A stretch of DNA of 64,000 nucleotides from IMG/VR virus record IMGVR_UViG_3300045051_000978, positions 1-64,000 of that record. One strand, given 5' to 3'. The translations under genes and the position numbers were made by a program. The DNA is from a virus. Positions 1 to 6,253 of this stretch are shown piece by piece. The notes under the pieces were generated by a model. That model saw nothing but the letters and a program-made list of their open reading frames with translations, searched no databases and was not told where the DNA came from. Within the stretch, counting starts at the first letter, position 1, and each line of letters starts with the position of its first letter.

Positions 1-189
1 GGCGGAGAGCGGCACGACCATTTGGTGTTCGACCATCCAGTCCCAGTATTCCCAGGTCATGGTGCCGTGCGTCGTCTCCAGGGTCTTCGAGGTGGCGTCC
101 ACCGAGTGGACCGTCAGCTCATGCTCCTCGTACATGTAGCTCGGAGCCAGGAAGCGATAGCACACCTTGAGACCGGGTCGTGGCGTCAC
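1..189 (-). CDS. hypothetical protein, 3' end outside window
   Basis: Open frame from GTG at 189 (MTPRPGLKVCYRFLAPSYMYEEHELTV...) running off the window edge. Confidence 0.5.
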   Translation of the reverse strand, partial: MTPRPGLKVCYRFLAPSYMYEEHELTVHSVDATSKTLETTHGTMTWEYWDWMVEHQMVVPLSA

Positions 190-207
190 GATTCTACTTA
201 CCGAAAC

Positions 208-283
208 TGGTGTCCCCGGCAGGATTTCAACCTGCGACCATCCGCTTAGGACGCGGCTGCTCTTGGCGCTGAGCTACGAGGAC
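208..283 (-). tRNA. tRNA-Arg(CCT)
   Basis: Cloverleaf, anticodon loop GTCCTAA, T-loop TTGAAAT, encoded CCA. Confidence 0.9.
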
Positions 284-513
284 AAAACTTCAGGCGGCAC
301 ATCGGCACGCTTCTTCACCGGCCACGCCCTCATGCGCTCGGCATGTTCCCTGGCCAGGTGAATCGCCGTGTCGTCGCTGTTGAGGCTGATCCAGTATTCG
401 AGCACCGCCACCGCGGTGGCATCTTGCGCCCGAAGAAGGAACACTGGTTCGTCTGCCGGAATCTTGCCTTCGGGGTCCTGGATACGCTGGTAGTCTTTTC
501 GTGCGTGAAGCAT
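274..513 (-). CDS. small phage hypothetical protein (DEPVFLLRAQD motif)
   Basis: 79 aa ORF with protein-like composition, GTTCT motif upstream; stop codon falls inside the 5' end of tRNA-Arg(CCT). Confidence 0.75.
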   Translation of the reverse strand: MLHARKDYQRIQDPEGKIPADEPVFLLRAQDATAVAVLEYWISLNSDDTAIHLAREHAERMRAWPVKKRADVPPEVLSS

Positions 514-533
514 GGCACGTGCAAGAACGAAAC

Positions 534-610
534 TGGTGCTCCCGGCAGGAGTTGCACCTGCGACCTGCTGATTCGGAATCAGGCGCTCTGGCTAACTGAG
601 CTACGGGAGC
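534..610 (-). tRNA. tRNA-Arg(CCG)
   Basis: Anticodon loop TTCCGAA, T-loop TGCAACT, CCA. Confidence 0.9.
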
Positions 611-612
611 AG

Positions 613-688
613 TCCGTAGGCAAGGAATGAGCGACGGTGTTTGACTGTCCATTACGGGCAAGATAACCATCACACTGCGGCCTACAGA
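613..688 (-). ncRNA. minimal Y RNA-like RNA
   Basis: Terminal stem TCTGTAGGC/GCCTACGGA, CGCA after the 5' strand, GGTTATC motif and CTT bulge before the 3' strand; same scaffold as 2596-2726 and 3282-3415. Confidence 0.65.
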
Positions 689-691
689 AAG

Positions 692-769
692 TGGCAGCCC
701 CGGACGGTGTCGATCCGTCTTCTTCAGCTTGAGAAGCTGACATCCTAGCCAAGCGTAGACGACGGGGCC
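692..769 (-). tRNA. tRNA-Glu(CTC)
   Basis: TCAGC-TTCTCAA-GCTGA anticodon arm, T-loop ATCGACA, CCA. Confidence 0.9.
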
Positions 770-770
770 A

Positions 771-1520
771 CTAAACCACAGGAGTGCCGTAGTCGATCTC
801 GTACCCGTGGATGATTCCGTTTACATTCGCAGAAGCTGTCTGCGAGAAGTAGACGGTTCCATTGGTCACGACATGCGGCAGTCCGAAATTGATCGGGAAG
901 AACTTTGAGTCGCTTGCAGAAATCTTGATGGAGCCCTTGAACAGGTTGACGTTCACACCGACGGGTCCGTCAGAAATGGTGACGGTGCTCGTCGCGTCAG
1001 CCGTAAAGTGGATGTCCGTCACTACCGGCACCTTGCCTGGCACGGCTGCCCAGATTGGCGAATTGTATACGGAACCACTGAACTCGATGTTCCTGGTAAC
1101 GACAGGAAATCCAATCGAGTGTGGCGCGTAGCCGTGCTCGATGCCTTCAAGCGTGCTGACCTGGGACGACAGTCTGCCCGTTACGCTGCCTGTGCCTGTC
1201 CCTGCGATGATCGTCACGAACCGCAGCTTCGAGAGCGTGGCAACGGAGCCGACGAAATCTTCAGCTACATGCACGTGCTGCGCGTAGCCGTCACCGCCGA
1301 TTTCGCGCAGCGTGATTGGCGTGAACACGCCATCAAAGCAACCCTGAAACTGAATGCACGCCCCGGCAGGCGGCACGATGTGAAAGCCGATGCTGTTGTA
1401 CCCCTGGCACGAAAGCTCGTAGTACGAGCCAAGAGCACCGTTCAGAACCCCCGTAAACGAAGCACCATCCGACGTTTTGCCGTCTGCGGCCTGCGGGTTG
1501 GGTACGAGGGTCCGGATCAT
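771..1520 (-). CDS. hypothetical protein, beta-rich, possibly virion-associated
   Basis: 249 aa ORF filling the gap between tRNAs; TACTTA motif 4 nt upstream of ATG. Confidence 0.75.
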   Translation of the reverse strand: MIRTLVPNPQAADGKTSDGASFTGVLNGALGSYYELSCQGYNSIGFHIVPPAGACIQFQGCFDGVFTPITLREIGGDGYAQHVHVAEDFVGSVATLSKLRFVTIIAGTGTGSVTGRLSSQVSTLEGIEHGYAPHSIGFPVVTRNIEFSGSVYNSPIWAAVPGKVPVVTDIHFTADATSTVTISDGPVGVNVNLFKGSIKISASDSKFFPINFGLPHVVTNGTVYFSQTASANVNGIIHGYEIDYGTPVV

Positions 1521-1544
1521 GCCCTAAGTAGCAACTGAAAACTG

Positions 1545-1607
1545 CCGAGCAAGTTGAGCGCTGACGGTGGTAACCTTGGAAAGATAACCGTCAACAATTC
1601 GGCTCGG
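1545..1607 (-). ncRNA. minimal Y RNA-like RNA
   Basis: CCGAGC-CGAA-TTGTTGACGG-TTATC...ACCGTCAGCG-CTCAACTT-GCTCGG; shares CGAA, GGTTATC and CTCAACTTG with 2596-2726. Confidence 0.7.
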
Positions 1608-1613
1608 ACAAAG

Positions 1614-1691
1614 TGGCAGTGCCGACGGGTCTTGCACCCGTTAGGACCGGCTTGAAAAACCGGGTACGCGAGCTGCTTTGTATTCGGCACC
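1614..1691 (-). tRNA. tRNA-Glu(TTC)
   Basis: Anticodon loop TTTTCAA, T-loop TGCAAGA, CCA. Confidence 0.85.
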
Positions 1692-1699
1692 GTTGAAAA

Positions 1700-1776
1700 T
1701 GGTGCCAACGGCTGGGATCGCACCAGCGACACCTCGATTTTCAGTCGAGTGCTCTACTGATCTGAGCTACGTTGGC
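1700..1776 (-). tRNA. tRNA-Phe(GAA)
   Basis: CTCGA-CTGAAAA-TCGAG, T-loop TGCGATC, CCA. Confidence 0.92.
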
Positions 1777-1780
1777 AGAG

Positions 1781-1856
1781 TGGTGGTCACGGCAGGATTC
1801 GCACCTGCGACCTATCGGTTATCAACCGATTGCTCTGACGGCTGAGCTACGTGACC
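1781..1856 (-). tRNA. tRNA-Ile(GAT)
   Basis: ATCGG-TTGATAA-CCGAT, T-loop TGCGAAT, CCA. Confidence 0.92.
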
Positions 1857-1866
1857 GAAAATCGGT

Positions 1867-1895
1867 AAACAAAAAGCGCTGCCGTGGCAGCGCTT
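1867..1895 (-). terminator. intrinsic terminator-like hairpin
   Basis: AAGCGCTGCC-AC-GGCAGCGCTT followed by TTTGTTT, just downstream of CDS 1902-2018. Confidence 0.6.
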
Positions 1896-1901
1896 CGCAA
1901 T

Positions 1902-2018
1902 TCACTTTTTCAGTTCAGGTTTGCCGGGCGTAATCTCGACGCTGACGGCTTCGTCTTTCGGCCGCGGCCGAAGCAGGCGTAGCAACCACGCCAGGAACCT
2001 GGACAACCAACCGAACAT
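1902..2018 (-). CDS. 38-aa peptide with amphipathic N-terminus (MFGWLSRFLAWLLRLLRPRPK...)
   Basis: ATG overlaps the stop of 2018-2341 (TGATG coupling); below the ORF track cutoff. Confidence 0.55.
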   Translation of the reverse strand: MFGWLSRFLAWLLRLLRPRPKDEAVSVEITPGKPELKK

Positions 2019-2341
2019 CACTTCAGTTCGGGCACCCCGGCAACCACGAGGGCGGAGACCGCCTCGGCCGGGCGCACCTCGATGTCGAGGGTGCCGGTGA
2101 TCGGACGCACGCCTTCACCCAGGTCGGCATCCGCCTCGCACACCACCTGCGCGACACCAAGCGCCCCGGAGGCAAGCGCGGTGGCGGACAGCCCATCTTC
2201 GCTCGGCACGACCGTGATGACGGTCTCGTCCGAGCTGCTCCAGGCAGGCGTGCCATCAACCCGTGCCGGATTACCGGCGGCGGTCTTGAAGGCAACGTTG
2301 AGCTGGACCTTCTGCTCATCGGTAAGGATCAGTGCTGGCAT
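2018..2341 (-). CDS. Ig-like domain protein
   Basis: PAWSSSDETVITV pattern typical of Big_2-like Ig domains; start moved to ATG 2341 downstream of TAGTTA. Confidence 0.7.
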   Translation of the reverse strand: MPALILTDEQKVQLNVAFKTAAGNPARVDGTPAWSSSDETVITVVPSEDGLSATALASGALGVAQVVCEADADLGEGVRPITGTLDIEVRPAEAVSALVVAGVPELK

Positions 2342-2365
2342 AGCGTCGTAACTACGCCCAAGTGA

Positions 2366-2457
2366 TGGCGGCTCCGGCAGGATTTCAACCTGCATCCGTT
2401 TTTAGGCGGCACTCCGATTTCGAGTCGGGGGCACTGGGCGATTGATGCGACGGAGCC
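2366..2457 (-). tRNA. tRNA-Ser(CGA)
   Basis: Anticodon loop CTCGAAA, long variable arm, G73, T-loop TTGAAAT, CCA. Confidence 0.88.
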
Positions 2458-2463
2458 AAAGTG

Positions 2464-2588
2464 TCGAGCAGGGATTTCACCGGATGATCAATCCGTTTTC
2501 GGCTTTCGCCTACTTATTCCGCGCTATGCCGGCTGGCGCGAGTATCCAGGGGAATCGAACCCCCTCGCGGCGCGTCTATCCTGCCCGA
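2464..2588 (-). ncRNA. unassigned structured RNA containing a canonical T-arm
   Basis: Ends pair (TCGGGCAGG/CCTGCTCGA); internal GGGGG-TTCGATT-CCCCT and GGC-GAAA-GCC hairpins. Confidence 0.5.
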
Positions 2589-2595
2589 AAGGAAT

Positions 2596-2726
2596 GACGA
2601 TCAAGTTGAGCTGAGGATGTTTTAGGTGCTCTACCACTGAGCTACCCTGGCGTGTTGTGCCAGGGGTTGGACTCGAACCAACGACCACCCGCTATGTAGG
2701 CGATAACCCTCTGCATTCGGACCGTC
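2596..2726 (-). ncRNA. YrlA-type bacterial Y RNA (permuted tRNA-like domain)
   Basis: GACGGTC-CGAA...GGGTTATC, then T-arm (GTTGG-TTCGAGT-CCAAC), loop-closed acceptor stem (CCCTGGC-ACAACAC-GCCAGGG), D-arm (TAGCTCAGTGGTAGAGC), ending CTT-GATCGTC. Confidence 0.85.
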
Positions 2727-2730
2727 AAAA

Positions 2731-2837
2731 TGGCTGCCGGAGCTTCGTCTCAGAAGCACCACCCTTGCGGATGGATCGACGTGAGGACCAGCTGGGCAGT
2801 AACCGGTGTGCCTTCGCCATTTCCACCGTATCCGGCT
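2731..2837 (-). ncRNA. unassigned CCA-ended tRNA-like RNA
   Basis: GCCGGA/TCCGGC terminal stem followed by AGCCA; T-arm-like GCTTC-TGAGAC-GAAGC; no recognisable anticodon arm. Confidence 0.5.
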
Positions 2838-2846
2838 GTTCGAGAA

Positions 2847-2936
2847 TGGCGGATGGTGCAGGCTTCGCTCCTGCGCGGGTTTTACCCCGACTTCGCGCTT
2901 CCAACGCGATACCTTACTGGACTCGGTCAACCATCC
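2847..2936 (-). tRNA. tRNA-Ser(GGA)
   Basis: TCGCG-TTGGAAG-CGCGA, long variable arm, T-loop AGCGAAG, CCA. Confidence 0.88.
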
Positions 2937-2938
2937 AT

Positions 2939-3034
2939 TCCACCGTGATTTCCATGCTTACGTCGTCGCAGTGACTCAGAGCCTCCTTGCGGTACAGCTC
3001 TCGCACCCTAAGGGCGCTTTTGGCACACGGTGGA
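2939..3034 (-). ncRNA. unassigned structured RNA
   Basis: 9-bp terminal stem TCCACCGTG/CACGGTGGA fills the gap between two tRNAs; internal hairpins including a GCAA tetraloop. Confidence 0.45.
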
Positions 3035-3045
3035 TTTCTGCGAAA

Positions 3046-3135
3046 TGGCGGCTGGTGCAGGATTCCCACCTGCGTTCGTGTAAACGAAACCTCCGGGTTC
3101 AAGCCGGGTGCCTTAGGGTGCTCGGCCAACCAGCC
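3046..3135 (-). tRNA. tRNA-Ser(TGA)
   Basis: Anticodon loop CTTGAAC, long variable arm, T-loop TGGGAAT, CCA. Confidence 0.88.
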
Positions 3136-3139
3136 AAGA

Positions 3140-3274
3140 TCAGGCCAGGAACAGCTCTCTTTCTGAGGACCGCAGTCCCCAGCGATGTCCGCACCGGCAG
3201 TCCCTGTGCTGCGTTATGCCGGTAACCACGAACCTCCGGTGTTCCAGTAGGCGACGAGCCGCCTTTTGGCCTGA
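3140..3274 (-). ncRNA. unassigned structured RNA
   Basis: Terminal stem TCAGGCCA/TGGCCTGA with several internal stems (ACCGGCA/TGCCGGT, GGGGAC/GTCCTC). Confidence 0.45.
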
Positions 3275-3281
3275 AAAATAT

Positions 3282-3415
3282 GACGGTCAAGGGAGTAGAC
3301 AAGGATGTTTTAGCGCTCTACCACTGAGCTACGCTGGCGTATGGAGCCAACGGTGGGACTCGAACCCACGACCGCCTCATTAACATTGAGATAACCCTCA
3401 TCAGTTCGGACCGTC
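3282..3415 (-). ncRNA. YrlA-type bacterial Y RNA (permuted tRNA-like domain)
   Basis: GACGGTC-CGAA-CTGATGAGGG-TTATCTCAAT, T-arm GTGGG-TTCGAGT-CCCAC, loop-closed acceptor stem CGTTGGC-TCCATAC-GCCAGCG, D-arm, ending CCCTT-GACCGTC. Confidence 0.87.
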
Positions 3416-3421
3416 AAAAAT

Positions 3422-3514
3422 TGGCGGCGGATCGAAGCAACAGGTTTGGACCCTGATGTTTTGTATACGGGGCGGGTTCGTACAGCTGCCATAGCCCCTT
3501 CACTCCGACCCGCC
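3422..3514 (-). ncRNA. unassigned CCA-ended RNA with long terminal stem
   Basis: 13-bp stem GGCGGGTCGGAGT/GCTTCGATCCGCC followed by GCCA. Confidence 0.55.
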
Positions 3515-3529
3515 ATGCGGTTTTCAAAA

Positions 3530-3606
3530 TGGCGTCCTCGGCAGGAGTTGCACCTGCGGCCTCCACCTTCGCACGGTGGCGCTCTGGCTGACTGAGCTAC
3601 GAGGAC
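3530..3606 (-). tRNA. tRNA-Arg(GCG)
   Basis: CCACC-GTGCGAA-GGTGG, T-loop TGCAACT, CCA. Confidence 0.9.
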
Positions 3607-3610
3607 AAAT

Positions 3611-3686
3611 TGGTGCTCCCGGCAGGACTTCAACCTGCAACCGACGGGTTAGAACTCCGCCGCTCTGGCAATTGAGCTACGGGAGC
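3611..3686 (-). tRNA. tRNA-Arg(TCT)
   Basis: Anticodon loop GTTCTAA, T-loop TTGAAGT, CCA. Confidence 0.87.
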
Positions 3687-3697
3687 GTAGCTAAAGT

Positions 3698-4507
3698 ATG
3701 GACAGCTGGCTCCAAGCCTTCGGTGCGACAGGTCTGCTATTTCACGCGGCAGCGCTCTACGTCTGGATAACGCTACGCAAAAACGTAGACAAAAGCGTGT
3801 GGTGGTCTGTCACCATCGGCTACATCGCCCTTTTATCGCATCGCGCAAACGAGCTTGCCGGGTGGTCAAACGTTTACGCCCAGACAAGCGCAGTGGTGAT
3901 CGCGTACATCGCGCTCTACGCTGTCCTGCGCGCAAAACGGCACATCGCCCTGACCAAAGCATTCAGTCAGCTGATTGCGAAAATGGCGGAAGTTGAGCAG
4001 CCCAAGCGTCAAATGGCGCAGGCCCTTGCAGAACGCCTTATCGAACTGAAAGCCCAGGTAGACGTGCTGCAAACAGCACCGCCGGCAGAACCCCCCTTTC
4101 GCGATAGGCTAGCCACTCGACTGGCCAACCACTTCATCGAAGCCAGGGAACGGCTGCATACCATGGGCGCTCAGATGCAGCTCTACAAGGATGTTGCGGA
4201 CGCGTCGCCCGTGCCGATGGTGATTACCGATTTCAACGGCAAGCTCACGTACGCCAACCCAGCCTACCTGCGCTTCGTCGGCGCTTGCCTCAAAGACGTA
4301 CTGGGCGAAGGCTGGAGAAGCCGAGTTGATCCGGCTGTCATCGAAGAGGTGGCATCCGCCTGGCAGGCCGCAATACAACAAGAAAGCACGCACGCTCAAG
4401 GCGCAGTATCGTTCCTGGTAGACGGCGTGCCCATCAAATGCGTTTACAGCATGACACGCATCACTGAGGGCTACTGCGGATTCATACTGCCGACCAACGG
4501 TCGGTGA
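3698..4507 (+). CDS. membrane-anchored PAS domain protein
   Basis: Three hydrophobic N-terminal segments, coiled-coil linker, PAS pattern DASPVPMVITDFNGKLTYANPAY...LGEGW. Confidence 0.8.
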   Translation: MDSWLQAFGATGLLFHAAALYVWITLRKNVDKSVWWSVTIGYIALLSHRANELAGWSNVYAQTSAVVIAYIALYAVLRAKRHIALTKAFSQLIAKMAEVEQPKRQMAQALAERLIELKAQVDVLQTAPPAEPPFRDRLATRLANHFIEARERLHTMGAQMQLYKDVADASPVPMVITDFNGKLTYANPAYLRFVGACLKDVLGEGWRSRVDPAVIEEVASAWQAAIQQESTHAQGAVSFLVDGVPIKCVYSMTRITEGYCGFILPTNGR

Positions 4508-4510
4508 AAA

Positions 4511-4585
4511 TGGCTGCCAAGGTAGGACTCGCACCTACAACCACCTGATTAACAGTCAGGCGCACCACTATTGTGCTACTTGGCA
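4511..4585 (-). tRNA. tRNA-Asn(GTT)
   Basis: CCTGA-CTGTTAA-TCAGG, T-loop TGCGAGT, CCA. Confidence 0.92.
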
Positions 4586-4592
4586 ACGAAAT

Positions 4593-4679
4593 CGGTGCAC
4601 GCTACGGGAATCGAACCCGCCGCCGCTGACAAACACGGATCAACCCGTGTCCAACGTTCGCGCCAGCTTGCAGAATGCA
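4593..4679 (-). ncRNA. tRNA-like RNA with canonical T-arm, no anticodon arm, no CCA
   Basis: Imperfect acceptor-like stem, GCGGG-TTCGATT-CCCGT T-arm, long internal hairpin; ends CCG. Confidence 0.45.
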
Positions 4680-4685
4680 GAAGAT

Positions 4686-4761
4686 TGGTCGAGCTGGTGG
4701 GATTCGCACCCACGGCCTCCTCGCCCCGAACGAGGCGCGCTGACTGCTGCGCTACAGCTCG
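4686..4761 (-). tRNA. tRNA-Pro(CGG)
   Basis: CCTCG-TTCGGGG-CGAGG, C1-G72, T-loop TGCGAAT, CCA. Confidence 0.92.
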
Positions 4762-4765
4762 AAAA

Positions 4766-4840
4766 TGGTCGGGACGGTGAGCTTTGCACTCACGACCTCC
4801 TGCTCCCAAGGCAGGCGCGCTACTCCTGCGCTACGTCCCG
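4766..4840 (-). tRNA. tRNA-Pro(TGG)
   Basis: CCTGC-CTTGGGA-GCAGG, T-loop TGCAAAG, CCA. Confidence 0.92.
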
Positions 4841-5335
4841 TCTGAAATCTGAAGACACGTTCGTGCCGTCGCTGTTGAACGTCACCTCCGCCGGCATGCG
4901 TTTGACGACGATGTTTTTGAGCAGGTGCTCATGCACAGGGCACGAAACAGGCTCCGTGCAGATCGGAACAAACCAACCGACAAAACCGTCTACAGAAACG
5001 TAACCAACGTCCATGAAGCCCTGAAGGATTCCGCCGGTTGGCTGCACGTGTTCCACCGCCAGGTGCTTCACGCCGATCCGATGGCGCACCACGTGGTCCC
5101 ATACCGATTCAACCTTCAGGCGCGAGCTTGGCGTCAGTGTGCTCAGCCATCCGCGGCCGACGACCTGGTCAATCGGCTGCATGATCAGCTTCTGGTAGTT
5201 CAAGTTGATGTGAACCCAGTCGCCCGACTTGTCGGCCACGAACATCGGCACAGGACAGGACTCGACGATGGCCGTGCGAATCGTTTCGCGACTCGTAATC
5301 AGCGTGGTTGCAAGAGCCTCGGCGAGCGTACTCAT
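4820..5335 (-). CDS. stand-alone PAS domain protein
   Basis: ESCPVPMFVADKSGDWVHINLNY...VGRGW PAS pattern; TAGTTA upstream; stop lies inside tRNA-Pro(TGG). Confidence 0.8.
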   Translation of the reverse strand: MSTLAEALATTLITSRETIRTAIVESCPVPMFVADKSGDWVHINLNYQKLIMQPIDQVVGRGWLSTLTPSSRLKVESVWDHVVRHRIGVKHLAVEHVQPTGGILQGFMDVGYVSVDGFVGWFVPICTEPVSCPVHEHLLKNIVVKRMPAEVTFNSDGTNVSSDFRRDVAQE

Positions 5336-5354
5336 CCCAGATAACTAGCTGAAA

Positions 5355-5431
5355 TGGTCGGGATGGCGGGCTTCGCACCCGCGACCTCCAGTCCCCCAGA
5401 CTGGCGCGCTACCTTTCTACGCTACATCCCG
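5355..5431 (-). tRNA. tRNA-Pro(GGG)
   Basis: CCAGT-CTGGGGG-ACTGG, T-loop TGCGAAG, CCA. Confidence 0.92.
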
Positions 5432-5453
5432 TCAAAAAGCTGTTCTCTCCCGC

Positions 5454-5717
5454 ATGGAACGCAACTGGAGAGAGGAAATCGCTGAGCGCAACGCGGAAGC
5501 ACTGTTCATCGGCGATCCCGAAGACCGTAAGTTCGACGAAGCCATTGTCGGCATCGGCTCACGCTGTGGCCAGCCTGACCTTCTTGTCTACAGCTACGAG
5601 AAGATCATCGACGTACTCGTCAAGGACGGCATGGAGCGTGAGGAGGCCACGGAGTACGCCGACTTCAACATCGTCGGTGCCTGGGTGGGCGAGCACACGC
5701 CGATCATCCTCACCTGA
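5454..5717 (+). CDS. phage hypothetical protein (FDEAIVG...EY.DFNI.GAWVGE.TP type)
   Basis: 87 aa acidic ORF of a type recalled from phage genomes; GTTCT upstream. Confidence 0.8.
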   Translation: MERNWREEIAERNAEALFIGDPEDRKFDEAIVGIGSRCGQPDLLVYSYEKIIDVLVKDGMEREEATEYADFNIVGAWVGEHTPIILT

Positions 5718-5723
5718 AAAGGA

Positions 5724-5821
5724 TTGCCGATCAGGAACGAGCACCCCGTGTGGCATTGGCCCCTTTACTTCCGTCGGGGTGACGTGGGGGCCTTCAGGCA
5801 CACCGCTCGTTCTGGCGGCAA
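5724..5821 (-). ncRNA. unassigned rod-like hairpin RNA
   Basis: Nested stems TTGCCG/CGGCAA, AACGAGC/GCTCGTT, GTGTG/CACAC, GGCCCC/GGGGCC with internal loops. Confidence 0.5.
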
Positions 5822-5823
5822 AA

Positions 5824-5942
5824 TGGCGGGGAAGGCTGGACTTCAACCAGCTTCCTGACACCGTCCGGTGCCCGACTCGTCTGTGAAGGTGTCCGGCGGA
5901 CATGTGCTCGCCGTTTGCTCTTCACGCTTCGTCTTCATCCCC
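5824..5942 (-). ncRNA. CCA-ended RNA with tRNA-like acceptor and T arms, 119 nt
   Basis: GGGGATG/CTTCCCC followed by GCCA, T-arm GCTGG-TTGAAGT-CCAGC, no standard D or anticodon arm. Confidence 0.6.
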
Positions 5943-5946
5943 AGAG

Positions 5947-6024
5947 TGGCGGTGCGTACGGGCTTCGCTCCCGTGGCCTTCCGGTAGACAGCCGGGCGCT
6001 CTGACTGGACTGAGCTAACGCACC
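5947..6024 (-). tRNA. tRNA-Asp(GTC)
   Basis: Anticodon loop CTGTCTA, G73, T-loop AGCGAAG, CCA. Confidence 0.9.
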
Positions 6025-6058
6025 AAAGTAACAGGCGACCGTGTTCAGCGGTCGCCAG

Positions 6059-6163
6059 TGAAGTCCCCAGGATTCCATCACGTTCCTGCCTTAGATGATG
6101 GCGTCTGAACAACGCCAGTGGGATTCCGAGTACCCACATTCCGATCCGTTCACCTGGGCTTCA
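6059..6163 (-). ncRNA. unassigned structured RNA
   Basis: Terminal pairing TGAAG-CCCAGG/CCTGGG-GA-CTTCA with several internal hairpins. Confidence 0.4.
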
Positions 6164-6166
6164 GAA

Positions 6167-6244
6167 TGGCGGACTGCGCCTGACCTCGCGTCTCCCATGC
6201 CCGGAGGCAAGGATCGCGGAGATTGCGCGAAACAGGCGCAGTCC
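6167..6244 (-). ncRNA. CCA-ended minihelix-like RNA
   Basis: Perfect 12-bp stem GGACTGCGCCTG/CAGGCGCAGTCC followed by GCCA. Confidence 0.6.
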
Positions 6245-6253
6245 AGAAAGCGT

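Noticed and set aside
2464-2588. Hammerhead ribozyme
   Set aside because: A stem followed by GAAA is present but the CUGAUGA core is missing.
2596-3415. Algal or archaeal-type permuted tRNA genes
   Set aside because: No anticodon can be rebuilt from the ends, which instead form a Ro60-type stem; YrlA fits better.
5724-5821. SRP (4.5S) RNA or 6S RNA
   Set aside because: The SRP helix-8 motif is not matched and the hairpin is too short for 6S.
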